Part shown: positions 1 to 7,831 of the stretch, one piece after another | Numbering within the stretch: the first letter of the stretch is position 1 | Layout of the letters: each line of letters begins with the position of its first letter | Virus record (IMG/VR): IMGVR_UViG_3300034104_000851 | Span: 1 to 58,385 of that record | Reading direction: 5' to 3' (one strand) | DNA length: 58,385 nucleotides | Source of the DNA: a virus | Taxonomy: Duplodnaviria; Caudoviricetes | Notes under the pieces: generated by a model | Database searches by the model: none | The model's input: the letters and a program-made list of their open reading frames with translations, nothing else | Told to the model about the DNA's origin: nothing | Translations under genes and position numbers: made by a program

Positions 1-417
1 CTGCACAGCGCGTTTGCCGCCGACTGATGTAGCCGTGAAGCGCGCCTGCATGTCCTTGTCTTCGCCGTTGGTGCAGACCAGCATCATGCCGACTTGCATT
101 TCCCAACCGCGCGTTGCGCCTGATGGTGCTGGTTCCAACTCTGGCAGCGGCTCTGACACCGGCACCAGCTTTTCAGCCAGCACTTCGCCATTACCCCATG
201 CGATGTAGCCATGCACGAACGAAAACGGATTAGCGGCCCACAGGCTGCCGTCTTCAACTTCGGTCTGGTCTGCACCGAAAACCCAATGGCCTGTCTTGTC
301 CATCTTGAGGATGACTGTGCCGCCCGGCGCAACTTCCGATTGGATGGAACGCAAAGCGCCAGAGAGAGACTGAACGGACGGCAAGTTAGCGCCGCCAAAA
401 GTAGTGATATTCGACAT
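1..417 (-). CDS. Putative ssDNA-binding protein, 3'-truncated by the window start
   Basis: Near-identical to the 5' part of 40426..41088; ATG at 417. Confidence 0.7.
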   Translation of the reverse strand, partial: MSNITTFGGANLPSVQSLSGALRSIQSEVAPGGTVILKMDKTGHWVFGADQTEVEDGSLWAANPFSFVHGYIAWGNGEVLAEKLVPVSEPLPELEPAPSGATRGWEMQVGMMLVCTNGEDKDMQARFTATSVGGKRAVQ

Positions 418-435
418 TGTATTGTACCTTTTCTT

Positions 436-1557
436 TTACTGGATTTTAGACATAGCTTTTGTGAGCGTCTGTCCGATTTGCAAAACCGCTGGCCGAGGAT
501 CATTCTCCGGCGCAAGGGTAGAGCCTGTTGAGACGGCGGCAACTAAGTCCGCCGGCAATTCTATCTTAGCTTTCTTCAAAGCCTTTTCCGCTTGGGCTGG
601 CGACAGCGGCTTGGGTTCACCCCATGCCTCTATACCCGCTTGGGTCATAAATGCTACAGCCTTATCCTCATTTGTCCACTGTCTTGTGGCGCGTTTGTTG
701 ACCAGCTTCCAACCGGGGACTTTGCGGCCTTCTTCCAGAAGCCCGTGCGCCATCTGCTGTAAGTCTTTGATGAACGCTTCAATCAGCGGCGCCTGTTCCA
801 GATAGTGTGCAATCTGGTCAATCGGCAGCGCGTCCATCTTGGCTTTCAGTGCGCGGTCTACAGCGCCTGTCATCACAGGACAGATGGGCTTGGCCGCGCA
901 CCACTTGCAATGGTCGCCTGACGCCAACGGCGCGTCTGGCCGCGCAGCAATCTTGACGGCAGCGGCAAGTTCTTTCTCGAACGCGTCAACGCGTGCAAGG
1001 TCTGTCACCCACCGCTTGACGTAGGGCGGCTGCACAATGATTAGTTCGACTTCTTTGGCGCCTTCAAAGGCCCACGCCGTTTCCGCCGTGCGTTTAGCCG
1101 CCGCAGCGTAGAAGAGTAGCTGGCTGTTTTCCTCGACTTCGACAGCCACGCCATCGCCAAACTTCCAATCCAGAACGACCGCTCGATCACCAAGGCGACC
1201 AAGAAGATCGGTAGAACCAAAAACGTCAGGCAGAAAATCACCAAAACCAACCCTGCTCTCAACAGCATATTCCATCTCCCCCTTGGGGTCTATTTCGTCC
1301 AGCGCGCGCAGCGCCGGTATCAGCTTGTCATCGACCAGTGCTTCAGTCAGCACGGTTTTCTCATAGGTGGTGCCGACCATGCTGTACGGGTCAAGGTCAC
1401 GCTCCAATATGGTGGCTATAGTGTCATGCAGGAGCGTGCCTTCGTCGGCGTAGCTGCTGCTGGGCTTCGGCGGTACTGTGTCCACCAGCGCCACACTGCC
1501 GGGGCAGGCGATGACGCGTTTGGCGGTCGAACCGCCGACTATCTTACTATGTTGCAT
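436..1557 (-). CDS. DUF2800 / Cas4-like PD-(D/E)xK exonuclease
   Basis: CPGS, EGTLLH, FGSTD, DWKFG, QL..YA and C-terminal HCKWC...CP motifs; start set at MQHSK, shared with copy B. Confidence 0.85.
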   Translation of the reverse strand: MQHSKIVGGSTAKRVIACPGSVALVDTVPPKPSSSYADEGTLLHDTIATILERDLDPYSMVGTTYEKTVLTEALVDDKLIPALRALDEIDPKGEMEYAVESRVGFGDFLPDVFGSTDLLGRLGDRAVVLDWKFGDGVAVEVEENSQLLFYAAAAKRTAETAWAFEGAKEVELIIVQPPYVKRWVTDLARVDAFEKELAAAVKIAARPDAPLASGDHCKWCAAKPICPVMTGAVDRALKAKMDALPIDQIAHYLEQAPLIEAFIKDLQQMAHGLLEEGRKVPGWKLVNKRATRQWTNEDKAVAFMTQAGIEAWGEPKPLSPAQAEKALKKAKIELPADLVAAVSTGSTLAPENDPRPAVLQIGQTLTKAMSKIQ

Positions 1558-1587
1558 ATCATACCTCACTCTACTGTTTGAACCGCC

Positions 1588-1647
1588 ATCATACAGACAA
1601 CAAAATTTGATGCAAGGCTTGAAATGCAAAAAATTTTGGAGTAGCGT
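1588..1647. promoter_or_regulatory. Back-to-back sigma70-type promoters
   Basis: Minus: TTGCAT-N16-TATGAT (1615-1588); plus: TTGAAA-N17-TAGCGT (1619-1647); conserved in copy B. Confidence 0.7.
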
Positions 1648-1653
1648 TTTGGC

Positions 1654-1929
1654 ATGACTGAGAAAGAAATAGAGCGGTACTTCTGCAAACGCGTGCGTGC
1701 GGTTGGCGGTTTCGCGTACAAATTCCGCAGCATTACGCAAGTCGGCGTCGCCGACCGCATAGCCTGTATGCCCAACGGTGAGGCTTGGTTCGTGGAACTG
1801 AAGCAACCTAACGGACGCCTATCTGCGTTGCAGCGTATCTTTTGCGATGAGATGACGCACACCAAGCAGCATTACGCCTGCTTATGGTCAAAAGAGGATG
1901 TGGACGAATGGCTCAAACGCTTCAGCTAA
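1654..1929 (+). CDS. VRR-NUC domain nuclease
   Basis: EKEIE...GVADRI...FVELK...GRLSALQ pattern. Confidence 0.9.
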   Translation: MTEKEIERYFCKRVRAVGGFAYKFRSITQVGVADRIACMPNGEAWFVELKQPNGRLSALQRIFCDEMTHTKQHYACLWSKEDVDEWLKRFS

Positions 1930-3224
1930 GACCGTATCAGCAGCAGGCGGCGACGTTCCTGTATGAGAACGACCGCGCCATGATCCTTGCGCCTGTCGGC
2001 GCGGGCAAGACTGCCATTACTTTGACGGCGATGGATGAGATGCTGCGCGATGGCATTGTCAACCGCTGGCTGGTGGTGGCGCCGAAGCGCGTCTGCACAG
2101 ACGTGTGGCCGGTCGAAGCACCGAAATGGTCTGGCATCACTCCGGCGTTGGCGGTCGGCACGCCAGCGCAAAGGGTGGATGCGTTACGGAGTGACGCCAG
2201 TGTGGTCGTCATTAACTATGATAATTTAGATAAGCTAGAGAATTTATCGAGTTTTGATGGAGTTGTGTTTGACGAACTGACGCGGTTGAAAAACCCCAGC
2301 GGCAAACGCTTTAAGGCTTTGGAGAAAATTATGTCTACGATGAGGATACGTTGGGGGTTGACAGGTTCGTTTACATCGAACGGCCTTGAGGATGTTTTCG
2401 GTCAGTGCAAGATCATTGACCAAGGGTTGTTGGGCCGTGCCAAGGGTGCGTTCCTGCAACAGTATTTTATCTGCACCAACCGTGAGTTCGGCCAGTGGAT
2501 TCCGGCAGCCGGCGCACTCGAACAGGTGATGGCGCGGATTAAACCAGCGACGTTCGTGTTGGAGCCGGGCGAGTATAAGGACAAGCTGCCGCCATGCCAC
2601 GTCACAGAGGTGCGCGTCGCGCTGGACGACCGCAAGCCATACGAAAGAATGAAGCGTGACTATGTCGTGCGCTTCGGCAACGACCAGATCGTAGCGCAGA
2701 ACGCCGCGTCGGTGACGACTAAGCTGCAACAGATGGCATCGGGCTTCGTCTACAACCGTGACGCTGGACCGGGTTCGATATGGTTCAGCAGTCACAAGTT
2801 CGACCGGCTGGAAGAGTTGCTGGCGGAGAACCAGCGGGCCAACACCATCGTTGCCTACACCTATCAGGAAGAGTTGGCGGAACTGAAGCGCCGCTTCCCG
2901 CACGCAAAGACGATGGACGACGCTAACGTCATCGAACACTGGAACGCAGGGCAAGTCGAGTTGCTGTTGGTCCACCCTAAGTCGGCAGGCCACGGCCTGA
3001 ACCTACAGCATGGCGGATGCCACATGGTGTTTCTGTCGCTGCCGTGGTCGCTGGAGTTGTACGAACAGACGGTTGGACGCCTGCACCGCAGCGGCCAGAC
3101 CAAGGACGTGTGGGTCTACGTGATGCTGACCGAGAAAAGTATTGACGAACGTATATGGGCGGCGCTGCACGACAAGCGTGCGGTGTCCGACATAGCATTA
3201 GAGGAATTGAAAGATGCGAACTAA
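1908..3224 (+). CDS. SNF2-like superfamily 2 helicase
   Basis: LRPYQ, GAGKT, VFDE, GLTGS, GHGLNLQ, QTVGRLHRSGQ motifs. Confidence 0.93.
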   Translation: MAQTLQLRPYQQQAATFLYENDRAMILAPVGAGKTAITLTAMDEMLRDGIVNRWLVVAPKRVCTDVWPVEAPKWSGITPALAVGTPAQRVDALRSDASVVVINYDNLDKLENLSSFDGVVFDELTRLKNPSGKRFKALEKIMSTMRIRWGLTGSFTSNGLEDVFGQCKIIDQGLLGRAKGAFLQQYFICTNREFGQWIPAAGALEQVMARIKPATFVLEPGEYKDKLPPCHVTEVRVALDDRKPYERMKRDYVVRFGNDQIVAQNAASVTTKLQQMASGFVYNRDAGPGSIWFSSHKFDRLEELLAENQRANTIVAYTYQEELAELKRRFPHAKTMDDANVIEHWNAGQVELLLVHPKSAGHGLNLQHGGCHMVFLSLPWSLELYEQTVGRLHRSGQTKDVWVYVMLTEKSIDERIWAALHDKRAVSDIALEELKDAN

Positions 3225-3417
3225 GTTTTTACCCTACGTATGCCGTTATGTTAATAACGAAGGCGCGTGGCTGGCCGCTTACTACGACAAGGACGGCGCT
3301 GATTGGCCTGTAGCGATGATGATCAAAGGCGCCGGAATTAAAGAAGGCGATGCAATCTCTATCGCCTATCTTATGCAGCCGGCATCGGCAAGGCAGATTG
3401 TAGGGCTTGACAAATGA
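3214..3417 (+). CDS. Hypothetical protein (variant A only)
   Basis: Overlaps both neighbours; absent from copy B, where the helicase runs directly into the MSKLNW gene. Confidence 0.65.
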   Translation: MRTKFLPYVCRYVNNEGAWLAAYYDKDGADWPVAMMIKGAGIKEGDAISIAYLMQPASARQIVGLDK

Positions 3418-3605
3418 GTAAACTGAACTGGCGGTCGATGATTGCCGTGCTGTCCGACCTTACGGAAGATGAACTGAAGCAGGCGCTGGACGTTGAACTG
3501 AAGACGCATAAGCGGCCCGCCATTGCTCGGCGGCTGCATCAGCGGTACTCTGCAATGCGGACGGCGCGGGAGCGCGTTGAGATTATAAAGGGAATGAAGA
3601 AATGA
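3414..3605 (+). CDS. Conserved hypothetical protein
   Basis: Orthologue at 43897..44088. Confidence 0.8.
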   Translation: MSKLNWRSMIAVLSDLTEDELKQALDVELKTHKRPAIARRLHQRYSAMRTARERVEIIKGMKK

Positions 3606-3733
3606 CAGATCATGCGGCTGCCGCAGTAGAGGCGTTGGAAAAGATAATCGCCATGCTGCGGGCAGGGGTTTCGCCAGAAGATTTAGGTGAGGCCGTCATC
3701 TTACTGGGCCGCTTGATGGCCCGGCGCACTTGA
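3602..3733 (+). CDS. 43-aa hypothetical protein (MTDHAAAAVEALE...)
   Basis: Read manually; ATGA overlap; same-length orthologue at 44085..44216. Confidence 0.75.
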   Translation: MTDHAAAAVEALEKIIAMLRAGVSPEDLGEAVILLGRLMARRT

Positions 3734-3751
3734 TATTAAGGAGTTAGGATA

Positions 3752-3838
3752 ATGACAATGTTTTTAATGTTCGCCTTCATCATAGGCGCGGCTTACATAT
3801 GCGGAGAGGATAACGGGAAGCATCCTCGCCATAGGTAA
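3752..3838 (+). CDS. 28-aa hydrophobic peptide (MTMFLMFAFIIGAAYICGEDNGKHPRHR)
   Basis: AAGGAG upstream; read manually; variant A only. Confidence 0.4.
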   Translation: MTMFLMFAFIIGAAYICGEDNGKHPRHR

Positions 3839-3857
3839 GTTCACTTTTCTAACAACA

Positions 3858-3898
3858 ATATCCCGCAAACTGGCTTGTGGCTTAGGTTTGCGGGATAT
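3858..3898. terminator. 13-bp inverted repeat between convergent operons
   Basis: ATATCCCGCAAAC ... GTTTGCGGGATAT. Confidence 0.55.
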
Positions 3899-3913
3899 GC
3901 ACCTCAAACAAAA

Positions 3914-5092
3914 TTAAGCTACCTCTAGCATTTCAGTAGTAATCATCACACGCCCTACGGCTCCGTACTTTTTATGGTACGTGATAGCCCATGCTGCGCG
4001 ATCCGCAATCCAGCCGCCGCGCGCAGCGTAGGCATCCCGCGCAGCAAGGGTAGGGTGTTGCACAACTGTCACACCATTATATTCTTTTTCGTCGCGGTGA
4101 TGGCGGTGGCCGCAGTGTATTTCACGGCGCGTAGTGCGGCCCCACTCTTGCGGGAACTGCGCGGCGAACAGCAGCGGTAGATTTTCGTTCTTGACTTTGT
4201 GGCCGTGGTGGACGCCCAGCATAGTGTTGCCCCACTCGAACACGTAGAACGGCAGGATGCTGTCGTTGACAGTGACGCGGGATTCTTCTTCGTAATGCAC
4301 CGCGAACAGGTCGGCCAGCCAGCCGGCGCTCTCTTCATCGTGATTGCCTTCGGCGATAATCAGATAGACTTCTTGATGGCGTTGCAGACAGATTGCCACC
4401 AGTGAGCGGATGATGCGGATCGCTGCGCGGCGTATCTTGGGGAAGCGGCTGTCAGCGTCCAGAACATGTTTAGCTGTCGGTGTTACTGGCGTCTTGCCGT
4501 CAGTGTGCAAGAAGTCGCCTTGGATGTTGAGCACTCCTGTGTGTGCATTTGGGCTTTGATTGACCATCTGTACCAGCGCAGCGATGATGGTTTTCTCTGC
4601 CAGTGATACGTTCCAATCGCTGCCGCCCTCTTGATGCCATGCCAGCATACCAAGGTGATAGTCGGTGAATGTGTACAGGTTGCATAGCTGCTCTTCAGAA
4701 GCCACTGGAGCAACAGTTGATACCGCGGGCGGTATCTCATCCTTGAAGCCTTTGATTGTCTCGCGCATGGCGTCCATGAGCGCCTCGTGGCTAAGAGACG
4801 CCTTTACCCATTGACCCGATGGTTTGCCTTCGGAGTTGTAGTAGGTGGAGACGCCCTTGGCGACAAAGCCTTCTGGCACTGGCCGAGTGAAGTCATGTTC
4901 AGGCGCATAGCCGAACTTTGCAGCCTTGCGTTTGACAGCCAGATAGGTTTCGCTTGCGCCGCCGACGTTCATGCCTAGCTCAACAGACGCGGCCCTAGCA
5001 CTACCAAGACGTTCTATGGCTTCTAAGATTTCACGCTGACGAGGCGTACAATATCTGTACAGATTTTCGTCTATTGATATAGTCGATGGCAT
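3914..5092 (-). CDS. Calcineurin-like metallophosphoesterase with N-terminal HTH-like region
   Basis: TDYHLG, GDFLH, GNHD, HHGH and GHRHH motifs; N-terminal TPRQREILEAIERLGSARAASVELG. Confidence 0.8.
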   Translation of the reverse strand: MPSTISIDENLYRYCTPRQREILEAIERLGSARAASVELGMNVGGASETYLAVKRKAAKFGYAPEHDFTRPVPEGFVAKGVSTYYNSEGKPSGQWVKASLSHEALMDAMRETIKGFKDEIPPAVSTVAPVASEEQLCNLYTFTDYHLGMLAWHQEGGSDWNVSLAEKTIIAALVQMVNQSPNAHTGVLNIQGDFLHTDGKTPVTPTAKHVLDADSRFPKIRRAAIRIIRSLVAICLQRHQEVYLIIAEGNHDEESAGWLADLFAVHYEEESRVTVNDSILPFYVFEWGNTMLGVHHGHKVKNENLPLLFAAQFPQEWGRTTRREIHCGHRHHRDEKEYNGVTVVQHPTLAARDAYAARGGWIADRAAWAITYHKKYGAVGRVMITTEMLEVA

Positions 5093-5326
5093 TTATTTGC
5101 CTTTCGGGCAATCCGCTTCGCAGATACAAACAAAGGCGCTGTTATGCGCCTCTATTTCTGTGACAGTTTCTGATGAATCTTTTGTTGCATCGTAACTAAT
5201 TGGTTTTGCGATAGCACAATAGCTATTGACGGGAACGGTCGAAACGGTCGCGCAGCCGCTCAGTGCGCTCAGGATCAGGAATGGCAATGGCAGCTTCGCC
5301 AAGTTGGATTTGCTCGTTGATGGCAT
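5093..5326 (-). CDS. o-spanin (Rz1-like lipoprotein)
   Basis: Lipobox LSGC; overlaps the upstream i-spanin gene in another frame. Confidence 0.7.
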   Translation of the reverse strand: MPSTSKSNLAKLPLPFLILSALSGCATVSTVPVNSYCAIAKPISYDATKDSSETVTEIEAHNSAFVCICEADCPKGK

Positions 5327-5435
5327 CGGTTGTTTCCTTAATGATTTCCTGACGCCCTCGCTGCTTCCAACGATGCTCTGCCCAAGCACCCAACAGCTTG
5401 TCCAGAACACCCAGCAAGAGCGTCAGAAACTTCAT
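5223..5435 (-). CDS. i-spanin (Rz-like)
   Basis: N-terminal hydrophobic anchor plus helical domain; follows the holin. Confidence 0.65.
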   Translation of the reverse strand: MKFLTLLLGVLDKLLGAWAEHRWKQRGRQEIIKETTDAINEQIQLGEAAIAIPDPERTERLRDRFDRSRQ

Positions 5436-5611
5436 TATTCGGCTGGCTTCTCTGCCAAGAACACGGCGGCTGCACCGGCCAGACCAGCCGCGGCTGCTGA
5501 GATGGCGGTCCATTCAGCGTCAGTCAAACCAAATGCCAGCGCAAGACCGGCAAAGCCTGCGTATGTGCTAGGCTCTTTCAAACGGTTTAGTAACCAAGAT
5601 ACAAAGTTCAT
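5435..5611 (-). CDS. Holin-like 58-aa membrane protein
   Basis: MNFVSWLLNRLKEPSTYAGFAGLALAFG...; two hydrophobic segments; next to the endolysin. Confidence 0.7.
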   Translation of the reverse strand: MNFVSWLLNRLKEPSTYAGFAGLALAFGLTDAEWTAISAAAAGLAGAAAVFLAEKPAE

Positions 5612-5612
5612 G

Positions 5613-6005
5613 TTATTTTCCCTTCGGATAAAACTTCCAAGGCAGTTCCCAGTGTGGGCCGTCCTTGAAAGCGCGCCAATCGCCGCCCCATACGAGCGGG
5701 ACTTTTTCGTTCGCAGCGGCGGCTTTCACGATTTTAGCCAGCCGGTGATACAGCGGCCAATCCCATGATACTTTTCCGTCAATCATCGGTGCCAGATCGA
5801 CGGCGTGTCCGGTGAGGTGACGCGAGTTCATTGTCCTTGATGCGCCCTGCCTGACCAACTGCACTTGGCGGTCGGTGGTACGCAAGCCTTCCAGCACTGT
5901 GAAGTCAAGGTCGGACACGGCTGCGGCTTTCTTGACAACGCGTACTAGGTCAGGGTGGACGCCCTCAAGCCGCGACAGGCTGCGTTGACCTAGTATGATG
6001 GTCAT
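5613..6005 (-). CDS. Endolysin, M15-family (L-Ala-D-Glu-type) peptidase
   Basis: GVHPDL, EGLRT..RQ, SRHLTGHAVD, WGGDW, DGPHWEL. Confidence 0.92.
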   Translation of the reverse strand: MTIILGQRSLSRLEGVHPDLVRVVKKAAAVSDLDFTVLEGLRTTDRQVQLVRQGASRTMNSRHLTGHAVDLAPMIDGKVSWDWPLYHRLAKIVKAAAANEKVPLVWGGDWRAFKDGPHWELPWKFYPKGK

Positions 6006-6172
6006 GCAGCGCCTCTTAATATTATGCCGACCAACAGCATAATGATTGTGCCAGCTACAGTCATGCCGATGGTTTCAAGACGCTTCAACCGCGCGCAGAT
6101 ACTTTCATAACGAAATGCACAGACCTGTTCGTGCGTGTTGAGTTGTGCTTGTGTTTCGTCGATAGTAGCCAT
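6002..6172 (-). CDS. Small coiled-coil plus C-terminal TM protein heading the lysis cassette
   Basis: MATIDETQAQLNTHEQVCAFRYE...; orthologue at 45935..46114. Confidence 0.75.
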   Translation of the reverse strand: MATIDETQAQLNTHEQVCAFRYESICARLKRLETIGMTVAGTIIMLLVGIILRGAA

Positions 6173-6187
6173 AAAAGTACTTTCTAG

Positions 6188-7831
6188 TTAAAAGCCAAGA
6201 CGGCGGCGTTCTTCCGCTTTCTTGGCCCGGTCTTGTGCTAATACGTTTTGCTGCGCGACAGGCGAAAGCGCAAAGAAGCCACGTCCGCCGGGCTTTACAC
6301 CGCCGCCGGGTTGGGCGGCGCTGACAAGCGCACGGTTCGCTTGGGTGCGCGTCATCCGGTTCGCGGCGCCTTTTGCAAGCGCGGCTGCGGTTTGCGTCCC
6401 GCCTACAACGGCTGCGGCGGTAGGTGACATCGTCGCCAAGCCACCATAGCCTGCACCATAGACCGGCATCTGCGTGCCGAACAGGCGCGCGCTAGGCGAC
6501 AGTTTGCCTAGTGTCATCAAAATGTTTTGGGTGACTGTGCCGTTAGCAACCTTTTTGATCAACTCTTGCGTTGGCTTATCAAACCGCGACAGCTTACGTT
6601 CGTTCTTGGCTATCTTGGTAAACTCATCGCGCAACGCGCGGGGGAATGTTTTAGTGCTGTCGGCGGCGCTTGATGTTCGTGTTGCAGCATCAAACGCATT
6701 TTCAAGCGTTTCCGTCTGATAGCCCCGCCCACGAACGGTACGCGCTTGCCTAAGAAACGCGTTAGCCGCTGCCGCGTCGCCAGCCGTTGTTTGCGCTGGC
6801 GTCAAACCGTCCATGAAATCGTCGATGACTTCTTCAAGCGCCTGCACCATAGCGCGCTCATCCGGCGTGCCCCGCTTGCCGCCGGCTTCGCTGTACGGAA
6901 GGTCGCGGACTGACCGCCTAAACTTTTCCAGCATATCAAATGTCATTGGCTTGCCGGACTTTACATCAAACAGCTTTAGGGCTTCGTTGACCACTTTGTC
7001 CGTGTCAGGATCAAACCGCAAACCGCTTAGTTTTGTACGCGCGGCGGCTGCCAAGTCGGTCATCGCTTGCGGCGCGACGTTTACGTTTTCGGCTTCCATT
7101 GCACGATATAGCTTACCGGACTCTTCTTTTAGCGCGGACGCGGTCACTGGTTTAGTTTTAGGTGTGCCAGCTTTAGCACCCAGCCCGCCGCCAGCTAAAG
7201 AAAGCCCTGCTAATGCAAGCGGGTTTGTGACATCAAAATAGTTCGACGCAACAGACGGCGCAGCGGCAGCGCCCATTGACGCGGCTGTTTGGCCTCTGGC
7301 GTTCTGGCTCAACAAGCGCATAAAGTTCTGCGACTGCGGCGATGCAGCTACGTCAGCTAACGTCTTAAAGCCTTGCGCCTGACCGAATCCACCAGCGCCT
7401 GCCGCCAGAACGTCGCTGTACACTTGCTCACCGCGCGTCTCAGGGCGCCGACCGACGCCGACAGTTTCATAACCGCGGCGGATAGTCTCTGACGGCAACG
7501 GAACACGCTCACCACCAAATAGCGGTGCAGCTATGTTGTATAGGCCGGTGCCGATGTCGCCGACACCCAACGACAGAACGCCGCCCGCAGCACCGGGGAT
7601 AGCACCGACGCCCGCAAATGGTGCGCCAGCCGCAGCACCAAGCCCTGCCGCAGTTGCATAGGGCAGCAGCGCGCCGGTAGTGACGCCGGTCACTTGCGTG
7701 ACCTTGTCCATACCTTTGCGGGGTGCCTTAGCGCGGGGCGTTTTTATTTCGACGACGCCCAAACCTTCGTAAGGGTCTACATCTATCTCTTCGTAAACGC
7801 CTAGCCCTGCGTAGGGATCGTTCTGTTTCAT
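6188..7831 (-). CDS. Ejection/DNA transfer protein 3 (gp16 position)
   Basis: Ala/Gly-rich with hydrophobic stretches; third large gene after the gp7-like gene. Confidence 0.65.
   Translation of the reverse strand: MKQNDPYAGLGVYEEIDVDPYEGLGVVEIKTPRAKAPRKGMDKVTQVTGVTTGALLPYATAAGLGAAAGAPFAGVGAIPGAAGGVLSLGVGDIGTGLYNIAAPLFGGERVPLPSETIRRGYETVGVGRRPETRGEQVYSDVLAAGAGGFGQAQGFKTLADVAASPQSQNFMRLLSQNARGQTAASMGAAAAPSVASNYFDVTNPLALAGLSLAGGGLGAKAGTPKTKPVTASALKEESGKLYRAMEAENVNVAPQAMTDLAAAARTKLSGLRFDPDTDKVVNEALKLFDVKSGKPMTFDMLEKFRRSVRDLPYSEAGGKRGTPDERAMVQALEEVIDDFMDGLTPAQTTAGDAAAANAFLRQARTVRGRGYQTETLENAFDAATRTSSAADSTKTFPRALRDEFTKIAKNERKLSRFDKPTQELIKKVANGTVTQNILMTLGKLSPSARLFGTQMPVYGAGYGGLATMSPTAAAVVGGTQTAAALAKGAANRMTRTQANRALVSAAQPGGGVKPGGRGFFALSPVAQQNVLAQDRAKKAEERRRLGF

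Noticed and set aside
436-1557. CRISPR-Cas locus suggested by the Cas4-like gene
   Set aside because: No other cas genes and no repeat-spacer array; normal DUF2800 context. The 31.4-31.9 kb repeats are too short and irregular
1558-1806. Extended N-termini given by the ORF track for DUF2800, terS and primase
   Set aside because: They run through promoters or neighbouring genes; downstream starts have RBS/promoter support, and for DUF2800 agree between A and B
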